Shown here: positions 40,120-48,918 of the stretch, in pieces
How positions within the stretch are numbered: the first letter of the stretch is position 1
Layout of the letters: every line of letters starts with the position of its first letter
Assembly: GCA_963709585.1 (NCBI GenBank)
Contig: CAVPXI010000014.1
Span: forward strand, 192,001-256,000
Reading direction: 5' to 3'
Source of the DNA: Candidatus Dormiibacterota bacterium
GTDB taxonomy: Bacteria > Chloroflexota > Dormibacteria > Aeolococcales > Aeolococcaceae
Length of the DNA: 64,000 nucleotides
Translations under genes and position numbers: made by a program
The notes under the pieces: generated by a model
Databases searched by the model: none
The model's input: only the letters and a program-made list of their open reading frames with translations
What the model was told of the DNA's origin: nothing

Positions 40120-41003
40120 TCAGCCGGCTGAAAGGCCCAGGTTAAAGACGCGCAGAGCGTTGGTTCGCAGCAGTTTGGTCCTAAACTCTGGGCGCAGGTC
40201 CATGGCGTCGATCTCAGCGCGAGCCCGCACCATGTCGATCACGGGGAAGTCCGTGCCGAAGAGGACCTTCTCACTTCCCCAGGAGTTTGCAAAGTGCCGG
40301 AGGGATTCCGGCCAGTACTTGGGTGCGTATGCATCTAACCCAATGTAGACGTTAGGGTGTTTGTACGCCATCGAGATCATCTCTTCCGTCCAGGGATAGC
40401 CGATGTGCATCCCGATGAGTTTCAACTCGGGGAAGTCACACGCCACGCGGTCGAGGGTTATAGGTCGGCCGACACTCGGAAACGTGTGGCCGCTCCCATA
40501 TCGCAAGCACTGTCCCACCTGCAACATGATCGGGATATCGAGCTCGCAGCACTTGGCGTAGATCGGGTAGTAGAGCGCGTGATCGGGCGGCAGCTCGAAC
40601 CAGTGTGGGTACAGATGCGCCCCACAAACTGAAGCTCACGCACCCCACGTTCGAGCTCCCGAAGCCCCCGCATCCCTAGCGTCGGATCAACTCCGGCAAG
40701 TCCGCGAAAGCGTTGCGGATGGTCAGCACACACTTCGGCAACTCGCTCGTATGGCAGGTTCCACGAGTCCCGCATCCGCCACGATCCCGCCTTGGTGGCC
40801 GGGATGAGCGCTATCTCGATTCGAGCCTCATCCAACTTCGCCAGCATCTCCTCCACTGAGATGCCCCGCTGGACACTGGGCTCGAGGCGCACCTGGGTCA
40901 AAAACGTCGCGTCAACGGACTGGCCGCGCAGAGCCACTTCGCTGGCGGTGAACAGGTTGCACACGATATCGATGGCGCGCGGTTGGTCCAGGGTCACTCG
41001 CAC
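40120..41003 (-). CDS. Amidohydrolase-2 family protein (-1 frameshift in G run near 40621)
   Basis: Corrected FVGAHLYPHWF, PIYAKCCELDIP, HIGYPW, NVYI, LFGTDFP, NALRVF. Confidence 0.88.
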
Positions 41004-41099
41004 GCTCCTTGAAGCGCAATAACGGAAAATGGCATCTGTTCTCTCCGAAGAATAGACGTCGGAGGAAGGGAAACGGCTCGCGGGGACCCTCTGCTCAGG

Positions 41100-41951
41100 T
41101 CAGGGCTCCCCGTCGAAAACCTCTCGAACACGGGCGGCCATCTCCGCCGCGCTAAGTGTGAAGATCTCGTAAGCGAGATGCGGGAGCTCCACGAACCGCG
41201 CCTGGGGAGGAAGGTTCACTACAGCCCGCCGAGTAGGCTCCCAAAGGTCATCGTGAGGTCCAAAGACGACAAAAGGTTGGCGGATCAGTGCCGTGCGTTC
41301 GCCTACTGCATAGTCGAAAACCGCGTGGTACGTCCACCACACGTTGGGAGCCGCACGCAGATGGTCAAGCATCCGCGTGTGCACGAGCTCCGTCGGCCGA
41401 ACGGAATCTCCTTCGGTGCCACGCCACCAGTGCCAATACGCCTGCAGATGGGATCCGTCAGATGTCGGCTCCGGCATCGGCCCGTAATGAGCTTTGAGCT
41501 CCGCGCGCTCACGTTCATCAAGCGCGGGCAGAGCCACGACCGCGATGCGGCGCACGCGTTGAGGGTGGGTGCTGGCAAGCTCGATCGCCTCGCATGACCC
41601 GGTGTGGATGCCGAGGACATCCACCTGTCCGATTCCGAGAGCATCGAGGCAGTCGAGGGTGGCCAGAGCGTATTCGGGAAACCGGATCGGGCGTTTCAGG
41701 CGGTCGGAGTCGCCAAAGCCGAGCCGGTCGGGCGCAAGAACGCGCCGATCAGCGGACATCAACGGCAGCATCGCGTCCCACATCCGGCTCGATAGTGGTG
41801 ACATGTGTAGCAGCAGCAGGGGCACACCCCCGACACCCGTTTCGCGTATGTGCATGAATCCATGCCGCGTCGGCAATAGGTGTCGGCGTTCCTGAGTCGC
41901 CCCTTCGCTCGTGGCATCCAGCTTCGAGGATGCACCCTGTCGGTCAGACAT
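41100..41951 (-). CDS. Alpha/beta-hydrolase-fold protein with His at the nucleophile elbow (GIHTG)
   Basis: PLLLLHMSPLSS, APDRLGFGDSD, VLGIHTGSCEA. Confidence 0.88.
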   Translation of the reverse strand: MSDRQGASSKLDATSEGATQERRHLLPTRHGFMHIRETGVGGVPLLLLHMSPLSSRMWDAMLPLMSADRRVLAPDRLGFGDSDRLKRPIRFPEYALATLDCLDALGIGQVDVLGIHTGSCEAIELASTHPQRVRRIAVVALPALDERERAELKAHYGPMPEPTSDGSHLQAYWHWWRGTEGDSVRPTELVHTRMLDHLRAAPNVWWTYHAVFDYAVGERTALIRQPFVVFGPHDDLWEPTRRAVVNLPPQARFVELPHLAYEIFTLSAAEMAARVREVFDGEP

Positions 41952-42256
41952 CTCGCCCGGGTGAACAGTACTAGGACAGCCAGGTCCGCGTCATAAATCG
42001 CGCGCCCAGCGTGCTGTTGCCAAGTCACCGGTCATCGGTCTGGGGCTGAGCTGTAGGTCGCTCACCGCTCAACATCACCTGATCCCGACTCGGTGATTGT
42101 CACCCGACGGCACCGTCCGGCGGACCCCATCCGCTTCGTCGCAATACGTGGATCCACCCCGAGAAACCACAAGGGACGCGGCGCTTATGGCAACTCGGTC
42201 GGGCTCATCGCCGCCAGGCGCCCTTCTTTTATCAACCGGCGGGGCGCCGTTAGGCG

Positions 42257-42592
42257 TCAGTCAGGTAGGGGAAATTCGGTGAGCCCCTCCTCGAGGCAGA
42301 GCCGCGCAGCAGCCGGAATGTCGGGCACGCGGTGCGAGGGGGTCGCGCCACAGCCACGGGCGCAGTGCATCGTGATCCTCGCGCCGCCTCCCCCATCGAT
42401 GGGAACGGGGATGGCGTCGATGGGATGCTTGCCATTGCGATCAGAGGCACTGACGCCAGCGAATCGATACTCCCACAGCGGATCGATCCAGAACTCGCCG
42501 GACGATTCGTGGAGTTCCCGGCCGGTCCATCGCCGGCGCGTCCCTCGACACCGGACGTGGGCGATGGGTTGTCGGCAGGCTGGACAGAGCAC
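42257..42592 (-). CDS. Small hypothetical protein or remnant with possible Zn-binding Cys pairs
   Basis: VLCPACRQPIAH...MHCARGCG; begins 18 nt after the tRNA 3' end, no clear RBS. Confidence 0.3.
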   Translation of the reverse strand: MLCPACRQPIAHVRCRGTRRRWTGRELHESSGEFWIDPLWEYRFAGVSASDRNGKHPIDAIPVPIDGGGGARITMHCARGCGATPSHRVPDIPAAARLCLEEGLTEFPLPD

Positions 42593-42609
42593 CGCAACTG
42601 AGAGGAAAC

Positions 42610-42700
42610 CGGAGCGAGAGGGATTCGAACCCTCGATACCGCTTGACGCGGTATACCGCATTTCCAGTGCGGCGCCCTCGACCAACTAGGCGATCGCTCC
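42610..42700 (-). tRNA. tRNA-Ser (anticodon GGA)
   Basis: GGAGCGA acceptor stem, CCGCA-CT GGA AA-TGCGG anticodon arm, long variable arm, GGTTCGAATCC T arm, G73; CCA not encoded. Confidence 0.97.
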
Positions 42701-42817
42701 TCCCCGATTGTATCCGCGACCACCGGGCCAGCCCGGCGCCGCCCGGTCGTTTCACACGAAGCCCCCGCCGGGTATCTACCATCCCAGCTACATATCGCCT
42801 CAGGGAGAACCTCCGTC

Positions 42818-42973
42818 ATGTGCGTCCTGATCGCCTTCCTTCTCTTCACCGCCCTGCTCTTCGGGTTCGGCTTCGCGCTCCACGTCCTCTGGTGGATCGC
42901 CTTCATCTTCTTGATCTTCTGGCTCATTGGCTTGGCAGTCCGCCCGCGCGGAGGTCGCTGGTACTACTGGTAA
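42818..42973 (+). CDS. Small hydrophobic membrane protein (51 aa)
   Basis: MCVLIAFLLFTALLFGFGFALHVLWWIAFIFLIFWLIGLAVRPRGGRWYYW; GGGAG upstream; resembles actinobacterial small hydrophobic proteins ending RWYxW. Confidence 0.75.
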   Translation: MCVLIAFLLFTALLFGFGFALHVLWWIAFIFLIFWLIGLAVRPRGGRWYYW

Positions 42974-43040
42974 CGACGGCGCCTCAACCCATTGCCCCCA
43001 ATCGAGGCAGCCGACGATCGCCCCTATACTCGACGCTCCC

Positions 43041-43131
<91 letters not shown>

Positions 43132-43239
43132 AACCTCGTACGCAGCAACGGCTTCGCCAGATCGTGGCAGAAGGCCTGAGTCCCAGCCCGAGCCGCCAAC
43201 CAACGGATTGCCAACGCCCTCGGGAAGCGCAACTGCTCG

Positions 43240-43583
43240 AAAAAGCCGCGGTGACATCCTCGAACTCGATCGATGCGAGCGCGAGATCAGGCACACCTGG
43301 CGAAGCTGGTCGAGCGCACCGGATCCACCCTCGGGATGCTCGTTGGGCTCGACACGCGCAGCGTTGCCGAGCTGCTCATCGAGATCGGCGACCCCCGCCG
43401 ATTCACCGAGGGCGGTTTTGGGCGATTCGGTGGGACCGCGCCGATCCCGGCTTCGTCTGGTGAGGGGCAGGCGAGCCGGTGCGGCACCGGCTCAATCGCG
43501 GTGGCAACCGCCGCCTCAAGGCCGTGCCGCACCGCATGGCGGTGTCGCAGCTGCGCTGCGACCCGAGAGCGCAGCACCTCTGA
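43240..43583 (+). pseudogene. IS110-family transposase C-terminal remnant
   Basis: AELLIEIGDPRRF...F.RFGGTAPIPASSG, then after a frameshift RHRLNRGGNRRLKA..HRMAVSQLRCDPRA; N-terminal RuvC (DEDD) domain absent. Confidence 0.85.
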
Positions 43584-43631
43584 GACGACGCGCGAGCCGT
43601 GGCGCGCTCTGGACTCTTTCTCCGTGAATCA

Positions 43632-45764
43632 TTAGGTCACGGTCACAGTGACGGCAGTCGAGGTCGTCGAATTACCGGCGTTGTCCGTGGCCACGGCCGT
43701 CAGCCGGTATGTCCCACGCTTGACCTTGGAGGTGTTCCAGATGAACGTGTACGGGCTCGTCTTTATGGTGTCCAGCTTGGTGGTCCCGAGGTAGAAGATC
43801 ACGTTAGCGATACCAGAGGGCGCGCCCGAGCCGGTGCCCACATCGGACGCGCTGGCCGTGACCCTCACCCTCGTGCCCACGGCAAAGCTCGATCCCGATA
43901 TTGGCGATGTGATGAAGACCACCGGCGGTGCGGCGTCGATCTTGATCGTCTGGGACTTGACGGCCCCCGTGTTCCCCGCGGCGTCCACCGAGCAGTACTG
44001 CACGATCGTTGTCTGCGACACTGCGAACGAGCCGGTGTACAGGATCGCGGTCGTGCTGGTCTGCGGGTTGGTGCCGTCAGTGGTGTAGTAGGTGGCGGCA
44101 ACACCCGAGCCACCGGTGTTGTCCGTGGCCGTCAGGGCAACCGTCACCGGAGATGTCTTGTACCAGCCCGTGGAGCACGTGGTGTTGTTGCAGGTGATGG
44201 CCGTCGTCGGTGCAATGGTGTCGATCTGGATGGCCTGGGACTTGACGGCCTCAGCATTGCCGGCGTTGTCCACCGAGAAAAACTTGACGGTGGTCGTTGT
44301 CGACGCCGTGAAGGGCGCGGTGTAGACCGTGCTCGAGGTGGTCGGCGTCGAGCCGTTGGTGGTGTAGTAGGTGGCCTTGACACCGGAGCCGCCAGTGTCG
44401 TCCGTGGCCGCCAGGGCGACGGTCACCGGCGTGGTGTTGTACCAGGCCGTGCACGTGGCGCTGTTGCAGGTGATCGTGGTCGTTGGCGGGGTGGTGTCGA
44501 CCTGGATCTGCATCGCTTGGGTGCTGCTGGTAGTGCCACCGGGGGTGGTCACGCTGATAGGCCCGGTGGTGGCCCCTGCCGGGACGGTGGCGGTGAGCTG
44601 GCTGCCGGAGGTCACGGTGAAGGCGGCGGCGGTGCCGTTGAAGGACACCGCGCTGGTTCCTGTGAAGCCGCTGCCCTCGACCGTCACTGAGGTCCCGGGC
44701 CAGCCAGAGGTAGGCGTGAACGAGGCGATGGTGGGGGCGGGCGCGGGTGCCGGGCTAGGGATGGGCAGCGGGGTGGCCGTGGCGCCGTTGTTGGGGGCGG
44801 TGCCCAGACCGAAGTAGTTGTAGAGCCCGGCCTCCAGGCTGTAGTGCGTGTAGGGGGTGCCGTCCGTGGACCCCGGGGTCACCCCTGCCCCGACCGCAAG
44901 CGCCACGACATGCTCCCACGGCGTCGTGTTGATCGACCCCTCGTCCCAGGTGATCACCACGGTCACGCCGGGCTGGGCCAGCAGCGAGGGGACCACCGAG
45001 GCCAGCCAGTTGTCACCCATGCCGATCACGCTGGTGCCGCCGTTCGAGCCGAAATAGGCGGGGCAGGCCTGGCCGCTGCCAGGCAGGGTGTGCATGTCGT
45101 CGCACTGGTTGGGCACCACGTAGCTGAACGCAGGCAGGCTGGCCGGGTTGAAGCTGGTGGTGGTCATCGGCACGTCGTTGGTGGAGCAGGTCGAGTTGGC
45201 TCGGTATTGGTAGTCCGGGTCATGGCTGGCGGTATAGAGCGGGACCGTGGTTCCGGGAATGTTGGCGTAGTTTCCGTTTGCGCAATTTCCAGGCATCAAC
45301 TCCATGAACTCCTTCCACGTCAGCACGCCGCCGGTGCCGTCGATGGCCTGGAAGATGTTGGGCGATGGAGGGGACGGCGAAGAGGTCAGACCGCTGGTCA
45401 TGGCCGTGTAGTCCGGCGTGCTGCTCGGGGCTACCGCCGTGTAGTTGGTGAACAGCTCCCAGTTGGCAATCAACTGGTTCAGGTACGGGGCCTGCGTATT
45501 GCCGACGATGCTCCCGTACGGTTCGTTCTCCTCAACGATCACCACGACCTTGCCGCTTTGGGCGGTAGTTGTCGCGGTATTGCCGTTGGAAGTCGAGCCC
45601 GAGACGTTCCCTGGCACCGCCGTCGCCGCTCCCGCGTGGACCGAGGTCAGTCCCTCACCACTCGGCGGCCCAGCAGCCTGTACGTTCAGGGCGCCGGCTC
45701 CTCCCGCGAACGCAGCCAACACGAGCAGCGCGCTCACTCTCCGGACCCGCCTGCCCATCATCAT
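43632..45764 (-). CDS. Secreted phosphoesterase (acid phosphatase/PLC family) with IPT/TIG, two chitobiase-C/FN3-associated repeats and a C-terminal Ig-like domain
   Basis: Signal peptide; VVVIVEEN, VVPNQCDDMH, ITWDE, YTHYSL; PTIASFTPTSG (IPT); TYYTT(N/D)G..P twice; LTAVATDNAGN. Confidence 0.88.
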   Translation of the reverse strand: MMMGRRVRRVSALLVLAAFAGGAGALNVQAAGPPSGEGLTSVHAGAATAVPGNVSGSTSNGNTATTTAQSGKVVVIVEENEPYGSIVGNTQAPYLNQLIANWELFTNYTAVAPSSTPDYTAMTSGLTSSPSPPSPNIFQAIDGTGGVLTWKEFMELMPGNCANGNYANIPGTTVPLYTASHDPDYQYRANSTCSTNDVPMTTTSFNPASLPAFSYVVPNQCDDMHTLPGSGQACPAYFGSNGGTSVIGMGDNWLASVVPSLLAQPGVTVVITWDEGSINTTPWEHVVALAVGAGVTPGSTDGTPYTHYSLEAGLYNYFGLGTAPNNGATATPLPIPSPAPAPAPTIASFTPTSGWPGTSVTVEGSGFTGTSAVSFNGTAAAFTVTSGSQLTATVPAGATTGPISVTTPGGTTSSTQAMQIQVDTTPPTTTITCNSATCTAWYNTTPVTVALAATDDTGGSGVKATYYTTNGSTPTTSSTVYTAPFTASTTTTVKFFSVDNAGNAEAVKSQAIQIDTIAPTTAITCNNTTCSTGWYKTSPVTVALTATDNTGGSGVAATYYTTDGTNPQTSTTAILYTGSFAVSQTTIVQYCSVDAAGNTGAVKSQTIKIDAAPPVVFITSPISGSSFAVGTRVRVTASASDVGTGSGAPSGIANVIFYLGTTKLDTIKTSPYTFIWNTSKVKRGTYRLTAVATDNAGNSTTSTAVTVTVT
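43931..44512 (-). repeat. Two tandem ~96-aa domain repeats inside the phosphoesterase gene
   Basis: DTTPPTTTITCNSATC.AWY.TTPVTVALAATDDTGGSGV versus DTIAPTTAITCNNTTCSTGWYKTSPVTVALTATDNTGGSGV; boundaries approximate. Confidence 0.8.
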
Positions 45765-46101
45765 GCCGTTACGTACCAGGCCGACTCATGCAAGCTGCGC
45801 CACGCAGCGGCGTGGAGTGACGGTCGGGCCAGGAAAGACGGAGGTTGGGGTGCTTCGAAAGTGGCGTGCCCACCAAAAACCGCGCTGAGAGATGCTGGAT
45901 CTGCCTGGACCGCGATCCCGACAGGCCTCGGAGTCATTGGCAGCGATCCTGCAGCTGACCTCGGATTGCGCTGCCATGCCCCACCCTCGCAGGCTGGCTG
46001 TCAACGCGACCGCCTGGTTGCCCGCGTGTCCGGCAATCTAGCACACGGCGAAATCTAACTTGGGCGCGTTTGGCTCGCTTGGACCCCTTCTCGACGTGAA
46101 C

Positions 46102-46686
46102 CTATACCCGCCCCGCGATCGTCTGAGCCGCAGCTCCGACCTGTGAATCCATGGCAGCACCGGACTTCGATCCCGAGGTGACGTTGATCACCACAAGAAA
46201 GTTGTCCTTGACGAACGCGTACGTGGCCGAGTTCGCGTCGATCTCCTTGATCGCACCGCTCCCCAGCCCGGACACGGAGGTCGCGGTGCCGCCGTTGGCC
46301 GTGGTCTGGCCGCTCAGCGCCGCCGAGATCGCCGCCTGCAACGCTGCCTGGGCGAAGGCTCCGGGGAAGGGCTGGACGAAGACGACCCCGCCACCACCGC
46401 CCATTCCGCTTGTGTCCGAATACACGCAGGTGGTCGCCGCGCAGGCGCCGGCGAGCGCCGTGACGTTCGGGTCGCCGCTGATGCTCTGCGCGTTCGCCAC
46501 TGTCAACAGCGTGTTCGCGGCCGGAGCCGACCCGCTGGAGCCCAGCCCCGGAATTCCAGGGATAGTCAAACCACCGCCCGTCGGCGTTGGCGTTGGTGTC
46601 GAGGTGCCGGCTGATCCGCCGCAGCCCGCGATGCCGAGGACCGCGCCAACCGACGCGGCTGCGATACGGAGCGAATTGATGGTCAT
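46102..46686 (-). CDS. Hypothetical lipoprotein
   Basis: Lipobox IAGC, TPTPTP linker, VSGLGSGA motif. Confidence 0.75.
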   Translation of the reverse strand: MTINSLRIAAASVGAVLGIAGCGGSAGTSTPTPTPTGGGLTIPGIPGLGSSGSAPAANTLLTVANAQSISGDPNVTALAGACAATTCVYSDTSGMGGGGGVVFVQPFPGAFAQAALQAAISAALSGQTTANGGTATSVSGLGSGAIKEIDANSATYAFVKDNFLVVINVTSGSKSGAAMDSQVGAAAQTIAGRV

Positions 46687-46858
46687 GGGCTTCCCAGTCG
46701 TCATACGCCAGCGCTCCCTCCGCGCTGAATCGCCGCCGATGATATAGCGGCCGCAATGGCAATTCGAGTGCCGTCACCAAATCGGGAAAACGCCATCAGC
46801 TTGATACAGTCGAAGCAATGACACCCGCCACCCGCTCGTACTCGGAAGGGTTGCTGCC

Positions 46859-48910
46859 GTGATGCACGGAGGCGGCTTCATGGGCGGCAAACGCGAGAAA
46901 CCCTCGGGGCGCGTCCCGAATCGGCAGCTCCTCCGCCAGACGGCAAGCCTCTTCGGGGCGCATCGGGCCGGCGTGGCGGCCATTGCCGGGCTGGTGGTGA
47001 TCACCGCCGGCGCCGGGGTCATCAACCCGGTCCTCATCAAGGTCGTCTTCGACACGGCCCTCTTTCCGACGCGAACGGTAGCTGCGACGCCATCGGTCGC
47101 TGCTCACCTGGTCTATCTGCCCGTCAACCTCCCCCGGATCGAGATCCTCGTCGGAATCATGATCGGGATCACGATTGTGACGGGCGCGATCGGCGTGCTC
47201 CAGACGTACATCACCAACCGCGTGGGCCAGCGCGTGATGGAAGAGCTGCGCAACCGCCTCTACGAGCACCTGCAGGGAATGTCGCTCCGTTTCTTCACCG
47301 GCACGCGAACCGGTGAGATCCAGTCCCGGCTCACCAATGACGTCGGCGGCATCCAGTCCGTCGTCACCGATACGGCCACGTCGCTCCTGTCCAACATCGT
47401 GACCCTGCTGAGCACCCTGGTCGCCATGCTGATCCTCTCCTGGCAGCTGACGGTGCTGTCCCTGGCGATCACCCCCCTCTTCGTCTTCTACACATATCGC
47501 GCGGGCAAGGTGCGCCGCCAGATCACGATGCAGGCGCAGGAATCGAAGGCCGAGATCAGCGCCATCACCGAGGAGACACTCTCGGTGTCGGGCATGCTCC
47601 TCGCGAAAGTCTTCGGCCGTGGCCCGGAGGAGGTGACGCGATTCCGGAAGGAGAACCACCGGCTCGCCAACCTCGCCATCCGTCAGGAGATGATCGGTCG
47701 AGCTCTCTTCGCCGTCATCGGCGCGTTCTTCAGCAGCGCTCCGGCGCTCGTGTATCTCATCGCCGGTTTCGTGCTCGCGGGGCGCAGTGCGACGACCGTG
47801 CCGTCGATCACCCCAGGCACCATCGTCGCCTTCACCACCCTGCAGAGCCGGCTCTTCTTCCCGATCGGCAGCATGCTCTCGGTGTCGATCGAGATCCAGG
47901 CGAGCCTGGCGCTCTTCGAGCGGATCTTCGACTACCTCAAGATGCCCCACGACATCGTCGACCGGCCGGACGCACGCGCGGTCGCGGCCAACGACATCAA
48001 GGGGGACGTTCAGCTCAAGAGCGTGTACTTCCGCTACGACCGGGGCAGTTTCGGACCCATGACCGAGCCGGTCCAGCGACCAACGGCGACCGTCGTGATC
48101 CCGAACGGACAATCCCCCGACGAGAACGATCCGGTGCCCAACGAGATCCGCCGCGACTGGGCGATCGAGGACGTGAGCTTCGGGGTCAAGTCCGGCCAGC
48201 TCGCCGCGATCGTCGGGCCGAGCGGCGCGGGCAAGACGACGATCTCCTACCTGATTCCCCGCCTCTACGACGTCACCAAGGGCGCGGTGCTGCTCGACGG
48301 CATGGACGTCCGCGACTACACGATCGCGTCGCTTGCCAACGCGATCAGCATGGTCACCCAGGAGACCTACCTATTCCACGCCTCGGTGCGCCGCAACCTC
48401 ATGTACGCCAAGCCGGACGCGACCCAGGAGGAGCTCGAGGCCGCCGCGCGGGCGGCGTTCATCCACGATCGCATCGTCGCGCTCGACGAGGGCTACGACA
48501 CGCTCGTCGGCGAGCGCGGCTACCGCATGTCCGGCGGCGAGAAGCAACGCCTGGCCATCGCCCGGGTCGTCCTCAAGGCACCCCGGGTGCTGATCCTCGA
48601 CGAGGCGACCTCCGCCCTCGACACCACCAGCGAGCGCCTGGTCCAGGCCGCGCTCGAGCCGCTGCTCACCGGCCGCACGACCATCGCCATCGCGCACCGG
48701 CTCTCCACCATCCTCGCCGCCGACGTGATCTTCGTGATCGACCGTGGGCAACTCCTCGAGCAGGGCACCCACGCGGAGCTCCTCCGCCGGGGCGGCGCGT
48801 ACGCCAAGGTCTACGAGCAGCAGTTCCAGGGAGGCCGCGTCGAGGCGGTCTGCGAGGACGGGATGGTGCTGGCGAGCGGGGAAGTCGTCGCCGCCACCCC
48901 GGCGGCGTAG
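46859..48910 (+). CDS. ABC exporter, fused permease/ATPase (MsbA/MdlB-like)
   Basis: TM domain, RTGEIQSRLTND, GPSGAGKT, MSGGEKQR, ILDEATSALD, IAHRLS. Confidence 0.95.
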   Translation: MMHGGGFMGGKREKPSGRVPNRQLLRQTASLFGAHRAGVAAIAGLVVITAGAGVINPVLIKVVFDTALFPTRTVAATPSVAAHLVYLPVNLPRIEILVGIMIGITIVTGAIGVLQTYITNRVGQRVMEELRNRLYEHLQGMSLRFFTGTRTGEIQSRLTNDVGGIQSVVTDTATSLLSNIVTLLSTLVAMLILSWQLTVLSLAITPLFVFYTYRAGKVRRQITMQAQESKAEISAITEETLSVSGMLLAKVFGRGPEEVTRFRKENHRLANLAIRQEMIGRALFAVIGAFFSSAPALVYLIAGFVLAGRSATTVPSITPGTIVAFTTLQSRLFFPIGSMLSVSIEIQASLALFERIFDYLKMPHDIVDRPDARAVAANDIKGDVQLKSVYFRYDRGSFGPMTEPVQRPTATVVIPNGQSPDENDPVPNEIRRDWAIEDVSFGVKSGQLAAIVGPSGAGKTTISYLIPRLYDVTKGAVLLDGMDVRDYTIASLANAISMVTQETYLFHASVRRNLMYAKPDATQEELEAAARAAFIHDRIVALDEGYDTLVGERGYRMSGGEKQRLAIARVVLKAPRVLILDEATSALDTTSERLVQAALEPLLTGRTTIAIAHRLSTILAADVIFVIDRGQLLEQGTHAELLRRGGAYAKVYEQQFQGGRVEAVCEDGMVLASGEVVAATPAA

Positions 48911-48918
48911 CAACCGCA

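Larger units (their letters stand above)
1..42600. mobile_element. Putative tRNA-Ser(GGA)-anchored catabolic genomic island (left end outside window)
   Basis: Lies 3' of the tRNA; only accessory catabolic genes; visibly more A/T-ending codons than 46.8-64 kb; no integrase or att duplicate seen in window. Confidence 0.55.

Noticed and set aside
14772-41003. Island decay or mass pseudogenisation suggested by many split genes
   Set aside because: Breaks fall on one motif or in G runs, also hit core genes (cysH, HAD), and the fragments carry no nonsense codons.
43152-43161. CTTCGCCAGA as a possible att duplicate of the tRNA-Ser(CGA) 3' end
   Set aside because: Only 9 of 10 bases match, which is too short to distinguish from chance.
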